Source of the DNA: Anthoceros angustus
Lineage: Eukaryota; Plantae; Anthocerotophyta
DNA length: 64,000 nucleotides
Direction of reading: 5' to 3'
Assembly (NCBI GenBank): GCA_010909165.1
Contig: VJWM01000106.1
Span: 1-64,000 of the forward strand
The position numbers and the translations under genes were made by a program. Position 1 is the first letter of the stretch. Every line of letters starts with the position of its first letter. Below are positions 49,063-62,500 of the stretch, piece after piece. The notes under the pieces were generated by a model, which worked only from the letters and a program-made list of their open reading frames with translations, made no database searches and had not been told where the DNA came from.

Positions 49063-50999
49063 TATTACAAGAATCGCAGGTGTTTTACAACGCATTTTAC
49101 AACGTAATTTACAACCTCACGTTGTTAGCGTGAGTCGCCGTTACACGCTTGTAAACCTTTTCCGCCAAAAATTCAAATCGTTGTAAAATTGTTGACGTGG
49201 CAGGCAAGATTGCCACGTCATCAAGTTGTTGATGTGGCCGCCACGTCAGCTTAACTATGGCACCCAAATAACGCCTAACAACGGCGCCCAATGCCTAATT
49301 AACGCCCAACAATGGTGCCCAAATAACGCCCAATAATAATGGCGCCCAATGCCCAACACTGGCACCCAACGCCCGACAATGGCTGGCCACACAATGGTGC
49401 CCAAATAACGCCCAATAATAATGGTGCTCAACGCCCAACTATAGCGCCCAACCAAATAATGCCCAACAATGGCGCCCAACACCCAAAAATGCCGCCCAAC
49501 ACCCAACAATGGCGCCTAACGTCCAACTATGGCGCCCAATTAACGCCTAATAATGGTGCCCAACACCCAACAATGGTGCCCAATTAACGCCCAACAATGG
49601 CGCCCAAATTAACGTCCAACAATGGTGCCCAATTAATGCCCAACAATGGCGCCCAATTAATGCCCAACAATGGCGCCCAATTAACGCCTAACAATGGTGC
49701 TCAATTAATGCCCAACAATGGCGCCCAATTAACGCCTAACAATGGTACCCAATTAACGCCTAATAATGGTGCCCAATGCCCAACAATGGCACCCAATTAA
49801 CGCTTAACAGTGGTGCCCAACGCCCAACAATGGCACCCAATTAACGCCTAACAATGGTGCCCAATGCCCAACAATGGCGCCCTATGCACGACAATGGCTG
49901 GCCATACGATGGCCGTGAAAGGTGGGGATGTACGAACATGTACCATCGGGGCAGTGCGCACTTGCTTATGGGCATAGAGGTGGTACCTGCTCACAATAAG
50001 AACACTTAAGAAAATGCTAAAGAGCGCCACGACGTACTAGTATTAGCGCACTGGCACCCCCCTCTCAACTTTTTCCCTCTCCATGCCAGACTGTGTGTAA
50101 GGACTGGGATTAATGGAATGCGAGCTGCCGAGTGGCACACCTCCGTACTCTTGAATGGACACCTTCATCATGCCCTCACAAAATAACCCCCACCAAATTT
50201 AAAATGCCCCTCCCCACCTCACATTTTGAAGAAAAATGTTTTACAGCGTAATCTACGACAAGGGAACCGCGTCATCAATCGCTATTGTAAATGGCCTCCA
50301 ATCATATTTTTTGTGATTAATAACAATAATAAAGAGTTAAAAAAAATAAAGAACACATTCTGAGAAAAATATTTTACAACGTAATCTACAACAAGGGAGC
50401 TATGTCATCAATCGCTGTTTTAAATGACCTCCAATCATATTTTTGTGATTAATAATAATAATAATAAAGAGTTAAAAAAATAAAGAACACATTTTGAGAA
50501 AAAAATTTACAACATAATCTACAACAAGGAACTCACATCATCAATCGCTGTTGTAAATGGCCTCCAATCATATTTTGTGATTAATAATAATAATAAAGAG
50601 TTTTGAAGAAATAAAGAACAAATTTTGAGAAAAAGGGTTTTACAACGTAATCTACAACAAGGGAGCCACGTCATCGCATGCTGTTGTAAATGGCTTCCAA
50701 TCATATTTTTGTGATTAGTGATGTTAATAAAGATTTTTAGAAAAATAAAGATCAAATTTTGAAAAAAAGGCTTTTACAACGTAATCTACAACGTGGGAGC
50801 CACGTCATCAATCCGTTGTTGTAAATGAGCACCCAAAGAGTGCCACATCATCCAACTAGAAACCCCCCTGGTAAACCGAGTCTTAAAACTTGCCACATCA
50901 GCGAAACTTAAACCAATTTACAACGGAGGTGTTTAGACATTGTAAAGATTGGGAGATTTGCAAAAGGGGTTTTGTAAAACACCCCTCTCCCTAGTAGTG
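49063..50999 (-). mobile_element. Non-autonomous CACTA element, independent inverted copy (~1.9 kb)
   Basis: Ends ccctagtagtg at 50999 and tattacaagaatcgcagg at 49063 (mutated CACTA); AAA on both flanks; contains the 130-bp array and satellite. Confidence 0.85.
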
Positions 51000-52517
51000 A
51001 AAAAATCAGAAGGCTATTCTAAGAATCTGTGAGACATCCACATCAAGTTCTTGCAAAGAGATAAATAAGCCTAGTGATTCTGTACGAGAAGCTGAGGTGT
51101 CAGCAAAAGTAGCTTGGGAAAGCAACAAGCTACAACTAGCAACAAGCCCCAATCAGCACATGCAATTTATGTGTTACCTTCAAATGCAAAGCATTGAGTC
51201 CACGGTCTCCCATAATTGATGATGTCTTCTCTTCTCATAGCAAGACCTAGAGTTCCCACAGCACTTCAGCAGCCCATCAGCACCCTCGAGTCCAAGCACA
51301 CATCAGCAGCCCATCAAGCCCCACATCGCCCTGCGGCTTCATCCTTGCACCCGGTTGTAGCTGCCTAGCTCGGAAAAAGAAATCAGCAGAGGTATACTGT
51401 AGCCCGTGCCCGTGCCCAACATCCGTCCTGCAATCTGGCCAGCAGATATGGCAGAGCTCGCCTCAAATCAGCTGGAGACGTCCTCGCAAGGGGCTGCAGA
51501 CATTGCAATGTCTTGCACATCTTGCCTGATGTAGACAGGGTGCTTCCCTCCCAGCTCAAGCTGAGCCTACATAATAGCCATGGAAAATCAACAATCACCT
51601 CCATCCTAAAATGCCAGACAATGCAGAGCTCCTTGTAGCCCTTCCAGGGCCACACCATGAGAGGGAGTCCAACAAAGTACCGCTCGTGCCCAGCCATGCA
51701 AGAGCTGCTGCTGAGGCATTGTCGTGCAGCGATGCATCGTCCGCCATCTCCCTAAGCCGCCAAACCCTACCGCCGTGCCGGATGCAACTCCACACCCCTC
51801 CTCCAGGTCCCCGGCTGCCTCCACCGCCGACGCACCGCCCAACACCCAACAATGGCACCCAAAGAGTGCCACATCAAGTTCTTGCAAAGAGATAAATAAG
51901 CCTAGTGATTAAAAGGAGGAGCGTTTGATTTGAAAGTTTAATAAAAACAATGAAAGATCATGGATTATATGTAAACGAGTTAGTGGAGTGGTAGAGTTAC
52001 GATTGTACAAGTTCTGTTCAATGGTGGTTTTTCCATCCCAATGGACATAAATAAAGTTGTTGTTGTTGTTGTTAGGGTCGCGCACACGAGGAAGGGAGAT
52101 CGAATCCCCTCTCCTCCGAGGGATTTTGCGATTTTGGAAGCCTTTGTCCAAGCGAGCATTTGTGCACCTTATGTCATTTATTTAAGTGTCATTTACTACT
52201 TGTTTTACCTTGTAGAACAAGCACAGCACCACCTCTATGTCTTTATTTTTTCACTACGATACTACGTCTCAGTCCTTATTTTTTTACTATGGTGAATAAG
52301 CCCGACATCACTTCACGTCTGCTTTATTTTTTCACTATGGTACTATCTCTCTGTCCTTATTTTTTTACTATGGTGAATAAGCCCAGCACCACTTCACATC
52401 CACAAGTGCGGCCCATCCGTCAATGGATTTCCATGACAATAAGATGGTTGTCGGGACTAGTGCACAAGGAAAATGACTTGTTTTAGAAGGAATAAGTACA
52501 TTCTGTTAGTGGTTCCA

Positions 52518-54990
52518 TGTCACGTCTCCGATCCTAAGACTGCTTGACGTGAACTCTAGTTGGGCACGAGAATGGCTGCATTTACAGACGTGTCTTGGTC
52601 TCTTGTACATGGAGCGGGGTTCTGCCAAGAATCCCATTTCAACTACTTAATTACCCTCTAGTTAATGTCGAAGCCTGCGTATCCTACGCCGTTTCAGAAT
52701 GTCCACGTTTTTGACCTAGGAAGGAGGTGGTACCTGAAGCTATCTTCGCCTTAGCACTCTCGCCGGGAATGCATGGCTGGTGAAATGCCATGGGTCACTT
52801 GTGACATTCTCCCCCACTTGAGCGGGCTTGGTCCTCCAGGCCATCGATCAGTGTCCGAAGTTGTGGAAATCGGTGGCAGACTGTGGCGGGTTCCCAAGTA
52901 GCCGTCAGGCCTGCCCACTCCCGAGCGACTGTGTCAGTCCACGAGGTGCGGAGCTGACGCGTACGTGTCTGAAGGATGCGGATGGGTTCGTGGATGGCAG
53001 GAGGTGTTGGGGGGGTAGATGACCGGGAGGGGTGGGGAAGCGTGAGGGCAAGGGTGGTACCAAGTCAGGGCATCTCAAGATGACCGGTTTGAGGAGAGAA
53101 ACATGGAATGTGTGGCAGATGCGCCAGCCTTCAAGGAGGTCTAATTGATAGGCGACGGGATTCATCTGTTTGGAAACTGAGAAAGGACCTGCGTACCTAT
53201 AGGCAAGCTTGTCCTTCGACTGGATTAAGCTGGGATATCGGTGAGGTTTCATGCGTAACTGTGGCGCGACTTTTCGCTCACGGCCAACCGGGAGCGGACG
53301 ATCCCGTGTCGTTGTAGTAAGGGGTCCGTTCCCAAGAGAATGACGGGCTCCGTTTGTCGCGTATCAATCGTTTCTGACCGTTTCGGACTCCAAGACATAC
53401 GTTTATCGTTTCCGCTACTACCTACTTGTGATGTCCACCGAACAGGCTCGGTGAGGCCAAAGGTTTAAGGACTCGTTCGCGTCCGTATCATTCCAGTCCG
53501 TCCCTCGTACTCCTAGTCCGTCCCTCTTACCACTCTCGCTACACTCATCTAAAATCACTCACGCCAACATCTCCACATCTTTCGCAACACTCAACGTTTG
53601 GAAAAATCGGTCTGTGGGTCCGGACCTCCTCCGTCGTTCACCGGGCCTCTCCGTCCGCGCCTACTTCTCCCGAGTTCCTCCGGCCACGCCCGGTCCACCC
53701 GACGTCGGTTCGCCGCTCTGGACGAGCAAGGGTCCCCGGTCGTTCGTCCCTGCACACACCACCACACGTTAGGGTCCGTCACCAGGACCTGGATCAGTCT
53801 CTCCGGAGCTGTCGTGCCTGCTCAGTGACTCAGGACTCACGTTAGCAAGAAGACGCACAAGGGTCTGCAAGGAAACGCGGCATCAACACCAAGAGAAAGA
53901 TACTTTACTAGAGCAGCCTCAGCCCTCTTATACTACGCCCAAGGTCGGCATCTTTATTACACTCCTATTACGAGCCAGGCTACAGGCCCTACCGCCGCCT
54001 ACTATCTCCCTTATTCCGCCTATCTATGCTGGCTGGTGGGATTGCTCTGGTTCCCGGGCGGCCCAAGCCCTAGCCCCGAACCGGGCGCCCCAATCGGATG
54101 ATCCACAAGGCCACTACCCTCCCGAGACTCTGTCAGCTGAGCTACGGCGTGGCTCGACAACGGCGGCCACCACTAAGTCCTCCTCCCCATCCTCTCTTGT
54201 CTCATTGGCGGGTCCTTGTCACGTGGCCCTCAGAATGGCCTGTGGTCCAGTGATTGGTGACTCCTTCGCCTCGAGTCCGGACCTCGGGGTCCGGACCTCG
54301 TGGTCCGGACCTCGGGTCCGGACCTCTAGGTCCGGTCTTCTGAGGTCCAAACCTCTGGGTCCGGTCTTCTTTCTGGAGTCCGGACCTCAGGGTCCGGACT
54401 CGCCTCTGGGGTCCGGTCTTCTAGGTCCGGTCTTCCAGGTCCGGTCTTCCCTCTGGAGTTCGGACCTCAGGGTCCGGACCTCGGGTCCGGACCTCGGGTC
54501 CGGACCTCGGGGTCCAAACCTCCGGGTCCGCCCCTCGCCCACCGGGCCCTCCCTTTGGTCTAGGTTTCCCGGACCCGCCCCTTCTACAGCCTCCCCAGGG
54601 CCCTCCTCCCTTCCTTCCGGTGGTGGGTGCAGTGCTTACCTCAAGCAGCTGCCTTCCGCCCCGCTCCTCAATGCTCCCTCGCCCGCTGTGGTAAACAGCC
54701 TCCTAAGGTCCCAGCTTGCTTGCCTCGGGGCCTTCCTCCCTCGCTCCTCCTTCTGACCCGTCTGGAAGTCCGTCCATCTGCCGAGGGTGGCGCAAGACCT
54801 CCAGGGCCTTGAGGAGCTCCGCGTGGTAGTAAGCAAAGTCTGAATCGACTTGTTGAATTGCCTCCTCCACATGGGCCCGGAGCACCCGATACTCCCTCCT
54901 CCAGAGGTGCTCCGGCAGTTGGGTGTGTTGTCCAGCTTGCTGGACCGTCTCCGCCGCCAGGCTCGCCAACTGAAGCCGGGCAGACTCCCT
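52518..54990 (-). mobile_element. Internally deleted chromovirus-type Gypsy element (3' LTR, PPT, integrase C-terminus and chromodomain)
   Basis: LTR TGTCAC...GTGACA 52518-52806; PPT aagtgggggagaa on the minus strand; KLAYRYAGPFSV...HTFHVSLLKP (GPY/F); ATWEP chromodomain remnant near 52890. No RT seen; inclusion of 53300-54990 is tentative. Confidence 0.7.
54270..54530. repeat. 12-mer array ggtccggacctc (TCCGGA core)
   Basis: About 15-20 degenerate units. Confidence 0.85.
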
Positions 54991-55809
54991 CACTACTACA
55001 ATGCATCACTCTTTATGACGAGGGTGCAATGACGGGGGGTTCCTGGCGTCTCATAAACATGGTTTCCACATCGAGTTGTCAAAGTGGCGTGGTCAAGACG
55101 CAAAATGAACGGTTCAAAATATTTACCTTGACGGTCATCATTTTTCCCGATTTATCCGGTCCACAGTATAAGGTTGCGATAGCAGGTTGATCTTGCATAT
55201 CACAGCATCCGCTATTGAAAAGGCCACCGGAAATCTAATTCTTTGGTGGATGGGAACAAATTGGCCGCTGGTCCGGCTTTGGTGCTCAACTTCGATCTTA
55301 TTGCGAGGCCGATGGATCCGGCCTCCACGGACCGTCCAAGCGACCGCCATTACCGACATTGCTCTTTGTTGCCACGATTCCAGCCCCGTTGGTCCTACCC
55401 CTTATGGTTTGGGATAATCGTGTGCATCGGTTCGGGCCCATCTTCTTTCAACATTGGATGGAATGGTGCCTATGCACTGTAGACAACCATACTGACCCGA
55501 AGCTTCTTCATTGCTCATTACAAATTGGAGTTTTCCAGCTCACATCCGGTACTGAGGAGTCACCAATGACATCGGGCCACAACTTGGAGCGTGAGAGTTT
55601 GATAACAAAACACACCATATGACTTGCCGCCTTTGTCTAAGAGTGAAATCCTACAAGCAGGCCTAGCGGATGCCATACAAGCTACAACCACCTAATCAAA
55701 ATGCCCCCACGCTCACGCCTTAAAAACAGTGCTCATCATAGTCTAATCAAAATCGAGCCGGGCTTTCAAGGAGCAAACAAAGGCCATGATCCGTGATGTG
55801 ATTCATCCA

Positions 55810-57450
55810 TCACAAGCACAAATTTAGTCCAATTCTACCAACGGCGGTAGACAACACGCACAACTCGGCCGTAAAACGAGGTCGGAACTTGAAGGCGTAT
55901 GCCTTCCCGCAACAATAGCCCAACCCTTGCGCCCGCCGATGCGGTGACATGCACGACAATGAGGTTGCAAGCTTCCAACATGTGCCGCCGCTTCGCTCAG
56001 CAAACACGGAGTAACAAACCATGTTTTCGATGTCGTTGTAGACAAATGGCAAGCGCATAGAGTGTCCCACACAATGGATTGTCAACGCCTTCTTGAATGG
56101 ATAGCTCCCGCTTTGCGGCACGTAGAAAACAAAACGCCTTGCATCACTGCCCCGGGCCACCACGTGGTCACCCGGCGCCGTTCCCATGGCGGGCCACCGC
56201 CTCACCCGGACTTGCCTGCCCATGTGAGAATCCCGAATGTCCTCGAACTGCATACCAATTTCCACACTCAGATGTGGCTCATCGTTGGGGGGCTCACGTA
56301 ACAGATTGGAGCTTGCAAACTCAAAGGCGTGTTCCAAGTCGACGCAGAATGTCGAACTTGCTCCCCAACAAATACGGTATGAAGAAAAGACGTGTTGCAG
56401 TGCCAACCTCCACCACAACGGACAAATGCAAGAGTGGGGTTTCAGCATCTCTTCAATTATATCAACGATGAATGCTCCAAGCTCTTGGGCGGGACAACAT
56501 CACATATCCAAGCTCGCATAGCCACCCACCAATTCAACGTCCCTGTGGTACCACGAGCAAGTGGCAGGCCCGAGTCGTCAATCGCCACACGCGCAATGAT
56601 GAACTCTCGCTCCGGTAGCGCTTATCATAGGTGCCTCGGCGACTTGGAACACCCACCGTCGTGTCCAGTGTCCAAATTGCAGGGGAAGGAACGTCTCCGG
56701 AGCGATAAGCTTTGGCGCACACATAATCACCACATGGCAGATCAGGGGCATGCTGCCAAGTCCAAATTGGGATTGGTGGGGGGCGGACTCCCCCCCAGCT
56801 CGCCCTCCGTGCCACCGGCCTTGCCACATCCACGTCGTTTGAATATCGCCCCCCATTTAGGTGTGTCTCACCCACAGATCCGACCGACACTCGCGGATCC
56901 AAAGATGTTGCCGCACTCAACGCTCCGTTGTACATTGCTCTCCAAGGAGACGGATGCAGCCCTTCCATTCGATCCATCTCGCTCGGTCCTCCTTCGTTAT
57001 GGTGCAGGCCTACGGATAGGATGAGCAAACAAGCGTAAAGACCGGCGCATGAAAGAGCAACAAAGTTGCGAGGATGTGACCAACCACGGGACCTTGTCGG
57101 CCTTGTAACTGAGGGTGGCCTCTCACAGCGAACTTTGTTCAAAATGGAAATCTGGCTAGGTGCGCCGGGCTTGATTGAGTCATCAAAACTCCCGCTTCCC
57201 ACCGGCCGTAACTCGTGATTGTATACGAAGGAGATGGTTTTATCAAACCTCTTTGCACACACCGACATGAGCGGTGCTTCGACTGCATCACGCCTACCAA
57301 GGGGCCAGCTTCAAGGGTCAACGGATTCCCACCGGAGGTGTAATCGCAGACATGAAACATAAAGCCATACTTAAAACGACCCATTTCACACGGAGGCGTA
57401 AGCCAAAGCTCCCCGGCTGCAAGACGCCCGGTCACAGTACGGCTCACCAA
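55810..57450 (-). CDS. Unassigned antisense ORF(s) inside the CACTA
   Basis: Long minus-strand ORFs of 212, 244 and 103 aa in series despite the high indel rate; no confident motif. Confidence 0.4.
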
Positions 57451-57799
57451 GGTCGTCCAGGTTTATACTCGGTTTTGGATCTGGGAGGGACCTGATGGCG
57501 TAATCTGGAGCTTGACATCAAGCAGCGGCACGCTCAAAACGCTCGACCGCAATTGGATGAAGCTAAAGACCAGCGATGGTCGCCGGTGAGGAATCGCCGA
57601 TTCTCGTGAGTCCAGCAGGCTCGCCAGATTGCACGCCTCACAATCGACGCATCCGCTTTGACATAGCTTTACGCCATGCTAGGCACCACACCGCCGCATC
57701 TGTACCTCATTGACACACACGTGCTTCCCACAATGGATTTGCACCGCAATGCCTTGGTCACACCGAAGTTTTGCCACGTAGGGACATGGAGACGGAGGA

Positions 57800-60661
57800 C
57801 ATGAACTTGCAAGCCATGCACATCCCCCCATGCCCGAGTCTGCGGAATATGAAGATCAAGCCCCGGACCCTGAGCCTGCGCCACCCCTGCCACATACCCA
57901 TGAGCTCCATCGACACGAAGTGGCCGAAGATGAACACGGATTTGCCACCGAGTGCCCCGATGGATGCAGGCAGCTTCGGAAGAGATCCGGATATTGAAGA
58001 ACCAGATGCGGGCTATGCTCAAGCAAACGAAATGGCATCACGCAATCCACACGGATCAATGGCATGAGACATTGCGCGCAGAGGCGGGCCGTTATATGAT
58101 GTTGCGGGGCCTGTGCGTAAAGCAAGCACCCTATCGGGACGCTTGCGATGCTTCAAATACAGGAGGCATTCAACATTTCTGATAGCGCAATGTCAAGGTT
58201 GTTTGAAGTAATCAGAGGAGTGTTGCTGCCCACTCCAAACACGATGCTGGGAGTCGACAAGAAGCTCAACGTCTGCTTCTCCAAGTTTCTCAATCACGGG
58301 TTCGGGTTCCTTGTTGCCCAGAAGACTGCATCATTTATTGGGGTGCTAGAGCAGGCGCCACTTTCTGCCCCTTCTGCCTCACCCCACGCACCCGCCCTAG
58401 AGTGGGAAGGAGCTTGGCAGTGCCTCGAAAGAGTTTCTGGCATTTCCCATTGGTGGAGCGATTGAGGCGCATTTTTCGGTGCCCCGGGCTTGCACGAGAC
58501 ATGACTTGGTGGTCCAAAAATCGGAGCCGTGATGGGAAAATGAGGTTCATAGGGGACACACCAGCGTGGAGAGCTTTGGATGCAGTTGGAGATTTTGGAG
58601 AAGAAGACAGGAATGTGAGGCTGGGCATTTGCAGATTGAACCAGTGGCAGAGGTCAAATTGTAACTCGATATGGCGGTTTTGCTGGTCATTCACAATTTC
58701 CCACCATGGATGTCGACCAAGAAAGGAAGGATTATCCTATCCACCATCATTCCGGCCCCGACAAGTACCCAATATGGACATCTACCTCGAACCTCTAGTA
58801 TCGGGCTGCAGGGGCTGTGGGAAGGTGTGGACTGCGAAGATTTCTCGAGGCCAGTCGGTGATGCAAAACGACGTTTCAAGCTGCGGGCTGGGCTTGTGGT
58901 GGCCACATGTGATTATCCCGGGTTAGGTTCCTTTTTGGCTTACAAGTGCGCGGTAAAGCTGCTTGCATCGATTGTGGCCTCGCACTGGATGCTCGATGGT
59001 CCCGAAATTTGGACAAGTGCTTGTTTGAAGGAAGTCGGCGTTGGTGCCCTTCTCGGACGATGCACGGAGGACGTTGAATGTTGAAGCTTTTAACAACCAG
59101 TCGAGTTGGGCGTCAACTCCCGTTCCGCTCGTGATGTCATGGTGAGATGTCCCGATGGGCAAGTGCGTATGCTCAAACTAGGGCCATGCCGCAAGCTTGG
59201 GGTGAAACGAAACTCCCTCTTGCTTCGTGCATTGCCTTATCTGCAGCTCACTTGCAAGCTCGGGTGAAGGACGAATGCACGTGGAGGCAAACAATTGCAA
59301 AGCAATTTGGGCCACATTGAGTGGGAAAGGTGATACCCTTGCAAGCCGGTTCGATATGGAAGAGAATGACTCTAAGCCATGGCTATGGGCGCTTGAGGAT
59401 GGGGAGAATCAACACATGCACATGTCGGGCACAAGGACTTGCAAGCTCGGGTGAAGGATGAGATCGCGCCATGAAGCTCCAACCGCCTTGGGCTAATCTT
59501 AAGACTTGCTTTAGTGGCCCTAAAGTCACCGACTTAAAAGCCACGACCCTGCTTGATGCAATACTACCTACCTATTGCACTATTGGCCTGATGCCACCCG
59601 AACCCGAATGTCATTACCCGCTGGCTAGCTTGTGTGGATTACCGGAAAAGCGATTCCACTGAGATCCCAACCAAGAAGTTGGAGGCTATCGATCCGCTCA
59701 TCGCTAGAACAAGATATGCCCTCGACATTTTTGGAACAAAGATGCAACATCTTATTATACACCTTGTGGATGAAGTGGAATCGCATGGCCCGGTGCATAC
59801 ACGGTGGATGTACCCTATGGAGCGATATCTCCTAGTATCGAAAACCACGCATGCATGAGGGCAAGGCGAGAGGATCCATGGCAACCGGTATTTGGCAATG
59901 GAAGCAATGAACTTCACGGCAGAGTTTATGGACGGTATACACACTCATGATGCACAAGGCCTAGGGAACAATACGATGACGCCCTCAAGAAGACCACACC
60001 ATAGGTCAAGCAAAGATGATTACCATAGGGGTGGATGACCAAGCAGTTACATTGGTATTTGAAAAGATTCGTATTATCACCAATGAGAGCGAGCATGCCA
60101 ACGAGGCGGAAGGTGCGAACTTTATCGATTGGTTGCAAGAAGGTGTCGAGTGGGAGGTGGTGGGACACCCGGATCATGCCGATATTCGAGCTCTTGCATT
60201 CGGCCACGCGAAGGGTCAAATCTTCTGAGGTCTCGAACACGAGGGGTTATCATTTCAACGCTTGACGCAGAAAATGTAAGCTCCACCCAAGACAGTTGGG
60301 TCCATGGCGAGTTTGAGATGGAAGGGCTGTTGAGAAGGCCACATTTTTGGAAGAATTGTTCGACATCGGATGTCCATTGCACGAAGGTGAATTCTCTGTC
60401 ATTGTCCTGAATGTGCATTGGTACGAATGTTCCTTAACCAAGGCTCCGCCGACCATGGAACGTGACTTCTGCGGGTTTTGGGCTGTGGACACTAGACACC
60501 ACTATCGATACGCTCGCAATCACTGGACAGGGTCATATACCTTTCCCGCCCATGTTACTAAAGTGTTCGCCCACAGAGACGTCATGCCAAATCGAGAGCC
60601 TTGGGTGATATACAGCCCCGTCCATGCTAGGTGGGATCGAGGGACGTTTCACACAGAATAA
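57800..60661 (+). pseudogene. CACTA transposase (TnpD-like; Transposase_21, DUF4218, DUF4216 pattern), frameshifted
   Basis: VPRKSFWHFPLVERLRRIF, DGKMRFIGDTPAW, RNVRLG, HLIIHLVDEVESHGPVHTRWMYPMERY, VLNVHWY..DFCGFWAVD. Confidence 0.9.
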
Positions 60662-60959
60662 CACAAGGATACTCTGACGTTTGATAGGGAAAGCTCGTCT
60701 TCTTTCTTGTTGATAGACATCAGCCCGATTGGGGCTAATGGGGGAACTGATGAGAAAACGCGTCATCCATCACGCATCTGGCACTCTTGTTGACGGCCGT
60801 CCACGTTGTACAGAGGCCTGAGGTATTTCATAATGAGTACGGGAGAGAAATGCAAATGTCAGATGGTGCTGTCATTGTCACACGATCCGGGTGCTTGAGG
60901 GCCCTTTTTTGGGAATGTATCTTGCTTCAGAGGTCCAGGCCGTCATGAATAAAGTTCCA

Positions 60960-62500
60960 TTTGCTGCCGCCGGGCATGTGTCAGACACCACCTTGCAAGA
61001 AGTTTCGCCCTGTGTCCAGGCGTGAACTGGTCTTTCAAGGGAAGCACGACCTCAGGGCAAACGTGGCGGGCAAGCAATCGCCGCATCGCATTCAAATTGA
61101 AGCTCTTCGTGTCCTGGTTCATTGGCGGGCTTACATTGCTTTTACTACCAGAGATCGTACTATGGCAAAACATGTGAAGGGACAGAGGTACGTGTCCCAC
61201 ACAACAGATCTTATCATACGCCTTACCGGTCCACCACCGCCATTTGTCTGTTTGGTTCTTACAGAGGACTTTACTTTGCTTAGAGCGTGTAACAAGGTGT
61301 GCGTTGCCATGAGGGACCGCGTTGAGGGACTGCTATCCAAGAATGCGAGGGTAGTGAGGTCGCTTCACCTCATCAAGATGAAGAGCGTGCGGAGATCTGC
61401 GCGGACGATGGGGAAGGAGACGAGACGATGACCGGAGGCAATCATTTGGAGGCGATTCTCGAAGCTGGTGGAAGCACCTGCACTCGAGCCTCGCTCAGCT
61501 TTATTGAACATCATTCCAACTCGCCTCAACTATGTGTTGAAGGTTAAAGGTGCATGGCGGACCGCTGACGGAGGCAACTCGAGTTTGCTGTGAAGGAGCA
61601 AGTGTGTCAAAGGGCTCAAAGGTGGACGAGTCCGCAATTTTTGGTGTTCTCAGCCCAGCAGACAAGTCCAACTTCCACAAGCGAATCAATGAGTTGGTGC
61701 AGACTCGTTTGAAATTGTTGAAGCCTTACACCGAGCACTCAATGTCGTTGCGAGGAGAGATGGTTGACGCAGTGCAGAGGACTTTCCCCAAGGCCACAAA
61801 CCGGGATTTCATCCATCACAAGCTTTCCGTTTGTGCAAGGCAACGAAACTTCCAAGTGCTGAAGAGGGTGAAGATTGCGGCCGCGCAGATGAAGAAAGGG
61901 GGTCGCCACGACCCGATCTCGCATGAGGAATCTGAGGAGGCATGGGAGTGTGTTCAATTTGGAGTCCGTGAGCTAGACCGGTGGTGGTGTTTGGCCTCGA
62001 CCTCAACAGCACGCAATGAGGCCCGCATGAAAAAGTTCGATGGTGGTGCTTGCAACCCTTATGGCCGGGAGGTGCCACAGAGATTCGCAAGTCTTTCAAA
62101 TTGAGGTGGGGAGTTCTTCCATCAAACGTGAGGTGGAATGGTGCCTTGTCCACGGAGTTGAGAATGTGAAGTCACTCGTGATGCACGCAAAGCAAAGACC
62201 TGAGGACTTCAATTGGGGAAGGTTTGCTAACTGCATGCACCGCAAATACTTTGCCATACCACGCAAGTTGGGTCAATTCGATGTCCTATCATGAGTAGTC
62301 ATTGGTTGGTTTTCGTGGGACATAGAGGAGAATGTTATCAGACGGACTTGAGTGTGGCACAATGCAGATCGATGGAGGGGCTGTGTGTTCCTAGACACAT
62401 AAGTGGACCACAGTTTGGGGGCAGAACCACTTCACCACCCCCAGCAGAAGCCACTAGGAGAATAACCCGGGCTCGACACGGAATTGTTAGCAATTTATCA
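60960..62500 (+). pseudogene. CACTA ORF2 (TnpA-like), degenerate
   Basis: Position after TnpD; W...W....S..RNEAR pattern in ORF 61550-62104 resembles Transposase_24-type ORF2. Confidence 0.5.

Noticed and set aside
51383-51900. Second F-box-like gene
   Set aside because: No convincing F-box or associated motif in any frame.
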